Part shown: in pieces, positions 25,979 through 35,693 of the stretch
Numbering within the stretch: position 1 is the stretch's first letter
Layout: each line of letters begins with the position of its first letter
Origin: Candidatus Latescibacterota bacterium
GTDB lineage: Bacteria > Latescibacterota > UBA2968 > UBA8231
Reading direction: 5' to 3'
DNA: 64,000 nt
Assembly (NCBI GenBank): GCA_965217585.1
Contig: OZ244561.1
Location: forward strand, 352,001-416,000
The notes under the pieces: model-generated
What the model was told of the DNA's origin: nothing
What the model saw: the letters and a program-made list of their open reading frames with translations, nothing else
The model's database searches: none
Translations under genes and position numbers: made by a program

Positions 25979-27904
25979 TTAATAGACGACTGCAATCGCG
26001 CGCGTATGGGCGAAGTCCTGCACATTGCCTTCCACCGCAACCCGGAGCAAATAGATGCCGACCGGGACGACTTGCCCCGCATGATCCCGGCCATCCCACC
26101 TTTCGCTGTACACCCCGCGGCCGCGGACCGCGCTAACGGCGTACACGCGCTGACCCGCGAGGGAAAAAATCTCTACCCGGTTGGGCAATTCCTCTAGAAT
26201 TTGGAGGACGTCGTAGCGGATTTCGATCTCGTCGTTAATGCCGTCGCCATTGGGCGAGATCACCGATGGATAGACCTCCAGAAAGGGTAGGATGGTACTC
26301 CGCGACTCCGCCGAGGTCAGGACTTGGAGCTTGTCGGTGGTCACCTGCTGGCTGGCGTTGTCCGGTAGCACCGGCTGGGGGAGTTCCTCGCTCTCGGTAT
26401 CGAAGACCTCGCCGTGAAAAAAGGTCGATTGCACCAATAGCTGGGCATTGAAGACCACCCGCAGCGAGGTCGTGGAGTCAACCCGATGCCCAGGGAAAAA
26501 CAGCGTCAGGGCCTTTGCTTCTTCCCGCACGCTATCTGGGACCACAGTGGTCAAGGCGTCTTCGCTGGGACCGATGAAAAGCTCGGTGAACTGCGGCTGC
26601 GTCGGAGTCGAAATCCGCAAGGCGTCAAACCCCACATCCCCACCAGTGACCGCGGCGCGCACGTCATAGACAAAGGGCGAGGGAACCCCTACGGGTACGA
26701 CTGCGAAGCCGCTGCTAGGGTCGGGGTCGCCCAACAGGGATATCTCGCCCACCAAGCCCTGCGCGAGGGGAGCGGCGATTTCGATCCCGAGGTCCTCGAC
26801 GCGGATCCCATCGAGGATCGACCTGCTCTCCATGACGACCCGGAACTGCACGTAACGTCGCGGGCTGGGCAGGACAACCTTGTGCCCCGATTCAGTAAAG
26901 GGGGCCGACCAGCGGCTCCAATTGATCTGGTCGTCCTCAAAGCCGGCTTGATCGTCTTTGGATAGCGCGTTGTACTCTTCCTCGGTGACGGGTGTCTGTT
27001 CATCGAGGTAGCGATTGGTGACCTCGTAGAAGGTCAGCGGGGTGTCGTCCAGCCCAGACCGCATCTGAATGGTTGCCGAGGCCATGGCCGCGGGTTCTTC
27101 CACCAAGCTATCGCCGACGACGCGGACTTTTGCAGCGCCGAAGTTCAGGGTCCCGAAATTGACGGGCGCGCCCAAGTCGATGACCTCAGAGCGATATTCG
27201 CCCCGGGGCACGAAGCCTTCGCCGTAGAGTTCGATTTCGGCAATCTCAAAGGGATTGGTGGCCGTGATGCGCAGTAGGATATAGCGAACGAAATCGAGTT
27301 CAAACTCGACGACCGAAACGCTGTCGCGGGAGAATTCCACTTTCTTTATGGGATCGCCGTAGATCGGCTGCCCGTCAGTGCCAAAGCTCAGGCCGTCGTT
27401 GACATAGAGTTCGTAGCCGCGGATATAGTCTGACCACAGCGGCTTGCCGCTGGAATCTAAGCCCGTGAGCCTTGGGTAAAAGACGATCCGGTTCAGGGGA
27501 AAGCGGCTGCCCAAATCGAGGAAGAAGCGTTTGCCGGCTTGGCTGGAGCCAAAGACCTTGAAGCGGTCTTCGGTAGAAGTGTTGGGGTCGCCATCGACGA
27601 TGGGGAGATCCGACTTTTTGAGCGGGTAATTGTTCCAGATGCGGGCATTGGAGCGGATGATGTCGAATCCATCCCGCGGTATGCCATCTACCCAAGAGAG
27701 CGTAGAGGTGATGTTTTCCCCCGGCCGAAAGCCAGCGATCTGGATGGCGTTGGGCACATCGAAATCAATGGCCGTAGAAGCCTCTGCCACGGATTTCCAG
27801 TTCCGCCCGCCGTCGTTGATTTGCCACAGCGTCACCTCAGCGCGGGCCGCGCTCCCAAGGCTCAACACCAGAACTGGCAGGCAGATTAAATGGCGTAGTC
27901 GCAT
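25979..27904 (-). CDS. Secreted discoidin-like protein with FlgD/CHU_C-like C-terminal domain (subtype II)
   Basis: Signal peptide from MRLRHL. LDLGSRFPLNRIVFYPR, RGYELYVNDG, EIELYGEGFVP, SPNGDGIND, WDGRD. Confidence 0.8.
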   Translation of the reverse strand: MRLRHLICLPVLVLSLGSAARAEVTLWQINDGGRNWKSVAEASTAIDFDVPNAIQIAGFRPGENITSTLSWVDGIPRDGFDIIRSNARIWNNYPLKKSDLPIVDGDPNTSTEDRFKVFGSSQAGKRFFLDLGSRFPLNRIVFYPRLTGLDSSGKPLWSDYIRGYELYVNDGLSFGTDGQPIYGDPIKKVEFSRDSVSVVEFELDFVRYILLRITATNPFEIAEIELYGEGFVPRGEYRSEVIDLGAPVNFGTLNFGAAKVRVVGDSLVEEPAAMASATIQMRSGLDDTPLTFYEVTNRYLDEQTPVTEEEYNALSKDDQAGFEDDQINWSRWSAPFTESGHKVVLPSPRRYVQFRVVMESRSILDGIRVEDLGIEIAAPLAQGLVGEISLLGDPDPSSGFAVVPVGVPSPFVYDVRAAVTGGDVGFDALRISTPTQPQFTELFIGPSEDALTTVVPDSVREEAKALTLFFPGHRVDSTTSLRVVFNAQLLVQSTFFHGEVFDTESEELPQPVLPDNASQQVTTDKLQVLTSAESRSTILPFLEVYPSVISPNGDGINDEIEIRYDVLQILEELPNRVEIFSLAGQRVYAVSAVRGRGVYSERWDGRDHAGQVVPVGIYLLRVAVEGNVQDFAHTRAIAVVY

Positions 27905-27992
27905 TATCTTTTGCTTGGGTGTTGTGCCTTCGGCCGGTAAATTTGCCAAAAGCCACCACCCCAAACGACGAAGATGCCCGCCGCCGACCACC

Positions 27993-29309
27993 ATGGACCA
28001 TTGCAAACGAGATAATCGCCTCGGCTTATGTGCTGCCTTTGGGTTGCCGCTAGGGGCTGTGCTCTGTCTTGGACTTTTGTCGTTCGATTCAGACATCTAT
28101 GGCCATGCTCGGTTGCGCTGGAGCTTGTGGGGAGCTGGTTTGCTGCTCCTCGTCTGGCAGGGATGGCTTTGCGCCGCCGGGCGCAAGCCGACGATAGGTC
28201 TGCGCGTTGTTAAGGCCCACTACGTACAAGCGCTGATCCAGCTTTGCATCTACTTGTACTGGGGTTGGTACTGGCCGCCGGTCTATGAGATGGCCCAGTT
28301 GATTGCAGCGCAGATCGCATTTGCCTACGGCTTTGATGCGTTGCTCTGCTGGTCGAGAAGGCAAGAGTGGCACTTAGGCTTTCGCCCCTTCCCCATCGTG
28401 TTGAGCATGAACTTGTTTATATGGTTCAAATTCGACTGGTTCGCATTGCAGTTTCTGATGGTAGCCGCAAGCCTCGTGGGCAAGGAGTTTTTCACCTGGC
28501 GCAGGAACGGACGCTCGACGCATATATTCAACCCCTCTGGCTTTGCGCTCACCGCATTTTCCATCGCCCTGCTGGCCACTGGCAACACCGATCTTACCTG
28601 CGGCGAGACAATCGCCAAAACCCTAGCCGAACCCGAGTACATCTACATCGTGGTGTTCGCGCTCGGGCTAGTGGTCCAATGCCTCTTTTCGGTCGTGCTA
28701 ATGACCTTGGCCGCGGTGGTCGCCCTGTATGTATTAAGCTCTACCTATGGTGCCTTTTTTGGCTTTTCGTACTTCGCGGACACCAGCATTCCCATTGGAA
28801 TTTTCATCGGGCTGCACCTGCTGATGACCGATCCGGCGACTTCACCCAAGTCGGGTTTGGGGCGGTTGATCTTCGGCGCACTGTACGGCACCTGCGCCTT
28901 CGCGCTATACGGACTGCTTGGTTGGCTGGAGCAGCCGACGTTTTACGACAAGCTCCTCTGCCTACCCTTGCTCAACTTGGCGGTTCGCGCTTTCGACCGC
29001 TGCCGCTTGCCTGCGATAGAACGTTTGCGGCGCGCCCTGAGAACCAACGCAGTTCAGATCGGCGCGTGGACGGCGTTTTTCTTGTTTTTGCACTCGACGA
29101 GTTTCATCGGCAAAAAAAACCAAGAGGGGCTGGCGTTCTGGCGCGGGGCCGTGGCGCATGGCGTTTCCGCGCTCGCAGACGCCTTGAGCCCGAGCGGCGA
29201 CGAAGCGCTTAGGGCGCAGAGCGAATACCGGCGACAACTCGGCGCGACAAACCTCTTGGCGCAAACAAAACGGCCCGCAACACATTGCGGTTGCGGGCCG
29301 GAGGACTAA
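27993..29309 (+). CDS. RnfD/NqrB-like (UnbU-like) integral membrane protein, possibly 3'-truncated
   Basis: Multiple TM helices; KEFFTW.RNG...HIFNPS, LMTDPATSP, FYDKLL. Start codon uncertain. Confidence 0.7.
   Translation: MDHCKRDNRLGLCAAFGLPLGAVLCLGLLSFDSDIYGHARLRWSLWGAGLLLLVWQGWLCAAGRKPTIGLRVVKAHYVQALIQLCIYLYWGWYWPPVYEMAQLIAAQIAFAYGFDALLCWSRRQEWHLGFRPFPIVLSMNLFIWFKFDWFALQFLMVAASLVGKEFFTWRRNGRSTHIFNPSGFALTAFSIALLATGNTDLTCGETIAKTLAEPEYIYIVVFALGLVVQCLFSVVLMTLAAVVALYVLSSTYGAFFGFSYFADTSIPIGIFIGLHLLMTDPATSPKSGLGRLIFGALYGTCAFALYGLLGWLEQPTFYDKLLCLPLLNLAVRAFDRCRLPAIERLRRALRTNAVQIGAWTAFFLFLHSTSFIGKKNQEGLAFWRGAVAHGVSALADALSPSGDEALRAQSEYRRQLGATNLLAQTKRPATHCGCGPED
29271..29300 (-). terminator. Intrinsic terminator for the TTWGRIK gene
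   Basis: 11-bp stem CGGCCCGCAAC/GTTGCGGGCCG, followed by TTTTGTTT on the minus strand. Confidence 0.7.
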
Positions 29310-29345
29310 GCGGTCTGCTCATCGACCGTCCTATCTGTACTAGCC

Positions 29346-30251
29346 TCAGCGGTTGATGTGGCTCTTGATTCTTCCCCAAGTAGTATGCTCCACAGCGGTA
29401 GCGCTGCCCTCTTCCCAACTGACGTAGGGATCGGCCATGTCCGTGGGCACCAGCAGATAGTCCGGGCAATGGTCGCCTTCGCGGTCGCACTCGTAGCTGC
29501 CGCCAACCTGCCCCCACAAATCCTGCTCGCCATTGGCTTCGCGGTCGCCGTCGTCAAAGCGGGCGTTGAAGTGGATGACCTGCTCGGGCTCCAAAACGTG
29601 CGGCGTGCTGGTTTGCGGGCCTTCAACTCCGTAGATGTCCCAGAGGTGAGTCCGCACCTCAAAGGTGTACTCGACATTGGTCGCCCACGTAACCGAACCG
29701 GCCGGGAGGATGGTCGAAGCAGCGAAGGTGTACGGCTCTTCGCCTCCCCAGTTCACAGGCCCCTGTTCCTCGTCAAACGGGGGTGCCTCGCCCCCACCGC
29801 CTAGCGGATGAAAGCCAAGGCGATAGCCGTTAATGAACTCGGATAGATAATTGCCCGAAGCGTGGTCGGCGTCGATCTGGAGCTGCAAGTAATCGTCGTT
29901 CCACCAATTCCCTTTTTCCTCTAGGGCGCGCAGCGTGTCGTCTTGAGCGCGGGCGAAGAAGTACAGGGCATTGTCCGGCGGCGGACTCCAAGCGACGAAA
30001 AAGCTGACGCTGAAGTCTTCCGGGTTGGGGTTCGGGCCTTGGTCCAAATGCTCGCCGAGCAAGGACTCAATCTGTTCGGGCTTGACGCCAAAGGAATCGG
30101 TGTCGTACCAGCCCCAATCGTCTTCCTCGCCATCGAGGACAAAGGTGGTCGGATCGGGCCAAGCGGGAATGAAGTTGGTCATGCCGTTGTGGGCAAAGGT
30201 CGGGCCGATAATAACAAACGCCAACATCATACCGAGGAGGGTGCGTACCAT
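29346..30251 (-). CDS. Secreted acidic CBM9/DOMON-like protein with C-terminal TAVEHTTWGRIK motif
   Basis: AAGGAG RBS and signal peptide. LDG...DW, LYFFARAQDD, QIDADHASG, FDDGD. Paralog of 44061-44948. Confidence 0.75.
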   Translation of the reverse strand: MVRTLLGMMLAFVIIGPTFAHNGMTNFIPAWPDPTTFVLDGEEDDWGWYDTDSFGVKPEQIESLLGEHLDQGPNPNPEDFSVSFFVAWSPPPDNALYFFARAQDDTLRALEEKGNWWNDDYLQLQIDADHASGNYLSEFINGYRLGFHPLGGGGEAPPFDEEQGPVNWGGEEPYTFAASTILPAGSVTWATNVEYTFEVRTHLWDIYGVEGPQTSTPHVLEPEQVIHFNARFDDGDREANGEQDLWGQVGGSYECDREGDHCPDYLLVPTDMADPYVSWEEGSATAVEHTTWGRIKSHINR

Positions 30252-30505
30252 CGCGATCTCCTTTATAGGTGTGGTAGTGAAAGAGATGGTCAACTGCTGA
30301 ATTTTACATCGCGGGCGATTGCAATTCAACGCGCTACGGATTACTGCGGCCTCCTTTTTTGGGGGTGGGGATTCTACTTGCTAACTTCGTCTTTAACTTT
30401 AGTCACGCCTTGTATCACGCCGCATTTTTCATTAAGTACGGATGTCGTAGCCTTTTGTCAACATTTATTTGTTCGTGCTACATCAATCAAAAAAGAGAGG
30501 CGACT

Positions 30506-31738
30506 GTGGACAAAATCAGACTGGCATTGGTCGGCTGCGGAGGCATGGGAACGCGGCATCTATACGGCCTAGGGGAACTCGCCAAAACCCCGTTTGACAA
30601 TGTAGAGCTAGTCGCCGTATGCGACATCCGGCGCGACAACGCCGAGCTGGCGGCCGCAGAAGCCGAAAAGCTCGTGGGCCAGCGGCCGGCCGTGTTCACC
30701 GACCTCGAATCCATGCACCGCGAAGTCGCCGATCTAATGGCCGTGGATGTGGTGGTGGATCCGTCGGTGCATCACGCTGTAGTCTGCCAAGCCCTCGATC
30801 TGGGGCTGCACGCGATGGTGGAAAAGCCCATGGCCATTACCATCAAGGGCTGCCAGCAGATGATAGAGGCCGCCAAACGCAACCAGCGCATCCTGTCGGT
30901 GGCGGAAAATTACCGCCGCGACCCCTCGGCGCGGCTGGTGCATCACCTGCTGGAGCAAGGGGCCATTGGCCGCCCTTACATGGCCATCTTCCACTCGCTG
31001 GCCCCGCACCGCGAAGTGTTTATCACGCCTTGGCGGCACATGAAGGATCGGGGTGGGCTACTGCTGGATCTAGGCGTCCATTTCACCGACATGATTCGCT
31101 ACCAACTCGGGGACATCAAAGAAGCCTACGGGGCCGTCGAGCTAGCCTCGCCCGTGCGCCACAAGCCCAAGGCCGTCAACTCGCCCTATGAGTTTTACCA
31201 AACCCGCTTCGCCGAGATGGAGCAGCAAGTCCACGCCACGGCCGAAGACACCTCTATGGCGATGTTTAGGATGGAGAGCGGCCTCGCGGTCAACTGGGTG
31301 GTGGGCCTAGGGGGCTACGGCTCTTGTGGTGGCGAGATCATCTTCGGATCCGAGGGAGTAATGCAGGGGTTTGGCACGCGCGGCGCTAGGGCGTGCTTGC
31401 AAAGGGCCGACGGCACAACGCTCGACCACGCCGCGCTCGTGGCTAGCGCAGAGGCGTTTGTCCTAGAGCCGCTGGCCGAGCACTTTTTCCCCGCGCGAGT
31501 CGCCGACCAAGACATCGACTGGAAACTATTGGCGCTAGAGTACTTTGAACTGGCCGAGGCCATTCTTAACGGACGGGAAATCGAGGTGGACGGGACAGAG
31601 GGCTTAAAAGACGTGGCCGCGGTGTACGCAGTTTTCGAGTCGAGCCGGCTGGGCCGGACGGTGCAGCTAAGCGAGGTGGAAAGCGGGGCTGTCTATGAAT
31701 ACCAAGCCGAAATCGACGCGGCACTGGGCATAGGCTAA
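30506..31738 (+). CDS. Gfo/Idh/MocA-family oxidoreductase
   Basis: LALVGCGGMG, VEKPMA, VAENYR, LDLGVHFTD, EDTS. Confidence 0.92.
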   Translation: MDKIRLALVGCGGMGTRHLYGLGELAKTPFDNVELVAVCDIRRDNAELAAAEAEKLVGQRPAVFTDLESMHREVADLMAVDVVVDPSVHHAVVCQALDLGLHAMVEKPMAITIKGCQQMIEAAKRNQRILSVAENYRRDPSARLVHHLLEQGAIGRPYMAIFHSLAPHREVFITPWRHMKDRGGLLLDLGVHFTDMIRYQLGDIKEAYGAVELASPVRHKPKAVNSPYEFYQTRFAEMEQQVHATAEDTSMAMFRMESGLAVNWVVGLGGYGSCGGEIIFGSEGVMQGFGTRGARACLQRADGTTLDHAALVASAEAFVLEPLAEHFFPARVADQDIDWKLLALEYFELAEAILNGREIEVDGTEGLKDVAAVYAVFESSRLGRTVQLSEVESGAVYEYQAEIDAALGIG

Positions 31739-31750
31739 CAGGAGGCCAAC

Positions 31751-32521
31751 ATGAACAAACTCACCGACAAGGTCGCGCTAGTGACCGGTGCCGGCCGCGG
31801 CCTAGGGCGATCGTACGCATTGCGCTTGGCAAAGCTCGGGGCCGCTGTAGTGATCAACGACGTCAACCTAGCCTCGGCCAAGCAATACGACGAGAAGCTG
31901 AGCGCGGACACGGTCGTCGACGAAATCCGCAACCTCGGCTGCCGCTCCCTCGGCATAGAGGCCGACGTGTCGCAAAAGGCCGCTGCCGCCGAGGTCGTCA
32001 ACCGCATCGTGAGCGAATGGGGCCGCCTCGATATTCTGGTCAACAACGCCGGCGGCGGCTTGCGCCCACCGGGCGAACCCTCGGAAGAAGAGTATTTCCG
32101 CTTCACCATGGAAATCAACCTGATGAGCGCAGTTCACTGTTGCCTAGCGGCAAAAGAGCCTATGCAGCGTCAGCAAAGCGGCAAAATCATCAATATCTCT
32201 TCGTTGGCCGGGTTGCGGGGCACCGAGGGGGGGCCGCCGTACAGCATCGCCAAGGCCGGGGTCGCTCACTATACCAAGGTCTTGGCCAAGGAGTTGGGGC
32301 CTTATGGCATCAATGTCAACTGCATCGCACCCGGCTACATCCTCAGTTCGCGCAAAATCGCCGAGGGCATGGGCGCGGGGGAGGGCGCGGCCGACCACAT
32401 TCCCCTCGGTCGGTTCGGCAAGCCAGAGGACTGCGCCAAGGTCGTGGAATTCTTGGCGACCGACCTCTCGGATTACGTGACCGGCCAGTGCATTTCCGTC
32501 TGCGGCGGGGTCGCGATCTGA
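31751..32521 (+). CDS. SDR-family oxidoreductase
   Basis: TGAGRGLG, NNAG, NISS, YSIAK, NCIAPG. Confidence 0.95.
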   Translation: MNKLTDKVALVTGAGRGLGRSYALRLAKLGAAVVINDVNLASAKQYDEKLSADTVVDEIRNLGCRSLGIEADVSQKAAAAEVVNRIVSEWGRLDILVNNAGGGLRPPGEPSEEEYFRFTMEINLMSAVHCCLAAKEPMQRQQSGKIINISSLAGLRGTEGGPPYSIAKAGVAHYTKVLAKELGPYGINVNCIAPGYILSSRKIAEGMGAGEGAADHIPLGRFGKPEDCAKVVEFLATDLSDYVTGQCISVCGGVAI

Positions 32522-32534
32522 CGCGGGGCCGCAG

Positions 32535-33704
32535 CTATCCCTGCCCGGCCTGAAGACGTTCTTTAACCTCGTCAAAGAACGTCTTAAAGGAGCCTGTGGC
32601 GGCGTGTTCCCAACGATCGAAGGTCGCTTGCAACGCTTCTAGCCAACGCTCTTTGGGCAGGCTTTGCACCGCTAAGCAAACGTAATAGGCATCGGTCAAC
32701 GCCAAACCCCGCCGTCCATCCACGAGGGCTTGCTCCATGCGCTCGACCCATGAAGCCATCGCAGGCAAGGCTTCGACGCACTTTGCCTTGTGCAGGACAA
32801 AGTTGGCCAAGTGCTTGACCATGCTCCGGCTAACGTCGTGCCGCTTGGCTGTGCCGGATACGTCGCTAAGGTCCAGCTCTCCCTTGCGATACAATTCCAA
32901 CAACTGCTGGGTGAGCGTGCGTTGCTTCGCAGCAAGGGTCGATTGCCGGGCGCTGCGCAAGCCGCTGGTGAGGGCCGACATCTCGTGGCAGCAATTGAGC
33001 CAGCGCGTGCCTTTGGCGACCACGCGGCGCATGGACGGGCCCGGGCCGACGGCCGTGCCCATGGCCTTGCCGCTGGCGGCGCAGGCCGCACCCACGCGGC
33101 TGAAGGCCGCCAGCACGCGGTCGTGGTCTATGTGGGGGACGCCGGCGCGCTCGACTCCGTAGCTGTGCGCCAAGTCGCTCGGCCCCACGAAGAGCAAGTC
33201 GATGCCGTCCACCGCGGCAATCGCTTCCACCTCCTCCACGCCCTCGGCGTCTTCGATCATCACGCCGAGCAGGGTCTCGGCATCGGCCCCTTCCAAGTAC
33301 TCGGCGGGGTCCAGCGTACCGTAGTCCGAATCCCGGCCACAGCCCATGCCGCGCAAGCCCAGCGGCCGAAACTTGGCCATCTGCACAAAGGCCCGCGCTT
33401 CGTCCGCGCTCTTGCAATGGGGCCAAACCAACCCCCCGGCCCCTAACTCCAGCGGCTTGATCACTTGATTATACGGCCCCTGGGGGATGCGGACCACCGA
33501 ATCAACCCCCGTGGCCCGCGCCGCCAAGATCAGATGCGAAAGCGCATCCAGCCCCAGATGGGAATGCTCCATGTCGATCCAGACGCAGCCAAAGCCCGCT
33601 TGGGCCGCAAGCTCGACTACCACTGGGTCGAAAATCCGGTTGATTTCGACTACTTCTATAGTCGCCCCCCCGAGCAGGGCGGCCTTGGTCTGGTTGATTT
33701 TCAC
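32535..33704 (-). CDS. HpcH/HpaI class II pyruvate aldolase with an unrelated ~125-aa C-terminal extension
   Basis: IDMEH, VVRIP, P.GLRG, MIED, VGPSDL. Confidence 0.85.
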   Translation of the reverse strand: MKINQTKAALLGGATIEVVEINRIFDPVVVELAAQAGFGCVWIDMEHSHLGLDALSHLILAARATGVDSVVRIPQGPYNQVIKPLELGAGGLVWPHCKSADEARAFVQMAKFRPLGLRGMGCGRDSDYGTLDPAEYLEGADAETLLGVMIEDAEGVEEVEAIAAVDGIDLLFVGPSDLAHSYGVERAGVPHIDHDRVLAAFSRVGAACAASGKAMGTAVGPGPSMRRVVAKGTRWLNCCHEMSALTSGLRSARQSTLAAKQRTLTQQLLELYRKGELDLSDVSGTAKRHDVSRSMVKHLANFVLHKAKCVEALPAMASWVERMEQALVDGRRGLALTDAYYVCLAVQSLPKERWLEALQATFDRWEHAATGSFKTFFDEVKERLQAGQG

Positions 33705-34852
33705 AATGCCTCCTCAAATTGTGGCAACACGTCGCGGCCAAACCACTCGATGGTTTGCCGGATCGCCGCCGGTGGGATGCCCAGCGCCCCGGCACCAATC
33801 GTCACGCGCTCCAAGCCGGGCAATTGCGCTTGGATTTCAGCGAGCCGCGTGGCCACGTGTTCGGGCGGCCCGCAGAGCCAAGCGCCAGCGCGCACCAAGT
33901 CGCGCACCGTCGGCAAGCCGGCCTGCGCCGCCGCCGCCCCGTCGTACGTGGCCGCGATTTGCGCCTCAGTCAGCGTCGGCATCCGGCCCAAGGGGGCCAG
34001 TACCTTGAGCTGTTCCTCAAACCAAACCCCAGCCTCGCGAATGGCCTGCTCTTGGGTGTCGGCTAGGTGAACTTGCAGCACCAGAGCTAACCCTGTCCCC
34101 AACTCGGCGTCGCGGCCCGCATTAGCCAGCCCATCGCGCCAGCGCTCGGCGATTTCCACCGCTCTCCCACCGCCGGGCACCACGCCCTTGATCCCGTGCT
34201 TAATCATAAACGCAATGCCGCGCGGGTTGGCGCTGAAGATCGGCTGCCAGCACTCGACCGGCCGGTTGCGCGGCCGCGGTACTAGGGTGATTTCCTCAAG
34301 CGTACCTCGGCGATGCACGACCTTAGCCGGCAACTCGTAGTGAGAGCCGCAATGGGCAAACGACGGCTCGTTCCACGCCTTGAAGAGGATCTCGACTTGC
34401 TCCTCAAAGAGCGCGCGGTTGGCCGGATCGCCTTCGAGCGGCGCGCCCAAAGTGGCCAGCTCGCGACCGATGTAGCCACGACCAATGCCAAAGCGGAAGC
34501 GGCCCTCGGTGAGGATATCGGCGAGGGCAAAGTCCTCGGCCAGCCGCAGCGGGTGCCAAGTCGGCACGGTGTTGAACATGCTGCCCAAGCAGAGCCGTTG
34601 CGTGTGCTGGGCCAAATAGACGGCCAGCATCGGGATATTGGGGATGCCGCCGTAGCCTTCGCGCTGGAAGTGGTGCTCTGCCAACCACAGCGTGTCGTAG
34701 CCAGCCGCGTCCATCAGTTGCGCCATGGCGCGGGCTTCGGCAAAGACCGAGGCGAGGCGCTCGTCCGCCTCGATCCGCTCATCCACCGGCCGGCCGGCAA
34801 ATCCCAGGTCGTCCATGGCGACGTGCCCGCCGTAAAAGTAGTCGAATTTCAC
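33701..34852 (-). CDS. Luciferase-like (LLM) flavin-dependent monooxygenase
   Basis: WLAEHHF, WHPLRLAEDFALAD..TEGRF.FGIGRG. Confidence 0.92.
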   Translation of the reverse strand: MKFDYFYGGHVAMDDLGFAGRPVDERIEADERLASVFAEARAMAQLMDAAGYDTLWLAEHHFQREGYGGIPNIPMLAVYLAQHTQRLCLGSMFNTVPTWHPLRLAEDFALADILTEGRFRFGIGRGYIGRELATLGAPLEGDPANRALFEEQVEILFKAWNEPSFAHCGSHYELPAKVVHRRGTLEEITLVPRPRNRPVECWQPIFSANPRGIAFMIKHGIKGVVPGGGRAVEIAERWRDGLANAGRDAELGTGLALVLQVHLADTQEQAIREAGVWFEEQLKVLAPLGRMPTLTEAQIAATYDGAAAAQAGLPTVRDLVRAGAWLCGPPEHVATRLAEIQAQLPGLERVTIGAGALGIPPAAIRQTIEWFGRDVLPQFEEAL

Positions 34853-34948
34853 GGATTCTCCTCTCGTTTACCTACTCGCTTTCTTCGCGCGATTTTTCTA
34901 TATTGGCCCACCTGTCAACGCCCATTGTAAAACCACAGGAGACTTGTT

Positions 34949-35680
34949 ATGGCAGCAAATGGACCCGTTCCCACCGCCCGCGCCCAAGGCCGCGGCCCAA
35001 CCATCTGGCTAGCCGGCTCGCCCGACGAACTAAAGGAGTGGATGCCCCTCGGGATCACCGGAATCGTCACCAACACGGTGGTGCTCAACCTATACGCCAA
35101 ACAATACGGCACAGTCATCGGCCTGATAGAGCAATATCTCGCGCTCACCGACAAGCCCATAGTGGTGGAAATCGACGGCCATTGCGTTGAAGAGTTTCTA
35201 GAAGTCGGGCAAGTTTTCACCAACATGTCGGAGCAAATCATCCTCAAGATCCCCTGTAACGTCAACGGACTTAAGGCATTTAGCATCCTCAAGGACCAAG
35301 GCGTCGAGACCTTCTGCACCACGGTGTTTTCGCTGACGCAAGCCGTGGCCGTGGCCCAAGCCGGGGTTGACCACATCCTGCCGTTCTGCGAGCCGGTCAA
35401 GGAAGTGGGCGGCGACCCGACTCAATTGATCCGCGAGTGCGCCCAGATGTTCAGCGGCTGGGGCCAGCGACCCTTCATTATGGCCGCCCTCATCCGCTCG
35501 GTGGAGACCGCGCACGCGGCCTTCCTCGACGGGGCCGACGAGCTAGTCACCATGTGGACAGTGTACCGCGACATGATGGATCACCCGCTGACCGCCCAGT
35601 GGAACAAGACCTTTATGGACGAGTGGGTCGATATGCACCAGAGCGGCTTGTTGGAGGGAGTACCGGTCCGGTCTCATTGA
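34949..35680 (+). CDS. Divergent transaldolase/fructose-6-phosphate aldolase-family protein
   Basis: GIVTN, ILKIP (Schiff-base Lys), TTVFS..QA..VAQAG, AALIR, GAD..T, HPLT. Confidence 0.82.
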   Translation: MAANGPVPTARAQGRGPTIWLAGSPDELKEWMPLGITGIVTNTVVLNLYAKQYGTVIGLIEQYLALTDKPIVVEIDGHCVEEFLEVGQVFTNMSEQIILKIPCNVNGLKAFSILKDQGVETFCTTVFSLTQAVAVAQAGVDHILPFCEPVKEVGGDPTQLIRECAQMFSGWGQRPFIMAALIRSVETAHAAFLDGADELVTMWTVYRDMMDHPLTAQWNKTFMDEWVDMHQSGLLEGVPVRSH

Positions 35681-35693
35681 TCGCGCCGCGCCC

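Noticed and set aside
21549-27904. Calling the CTD proteins flagellar hook-cap FlgD or proven T9SS cargo
   Set aside because: Only the C-terminal Ig-like domain is similar. No flagellar or T9SS core genes are in the window, so the export route is unproven.
27630-28096. Long overlapping N-terminal extensions of the divergent 559-aa and 705-aa ORFs
   Set aside because: Downstream starts (27904 on minus, about 27993 on plus) restore a signal peptide and remove the overlap.
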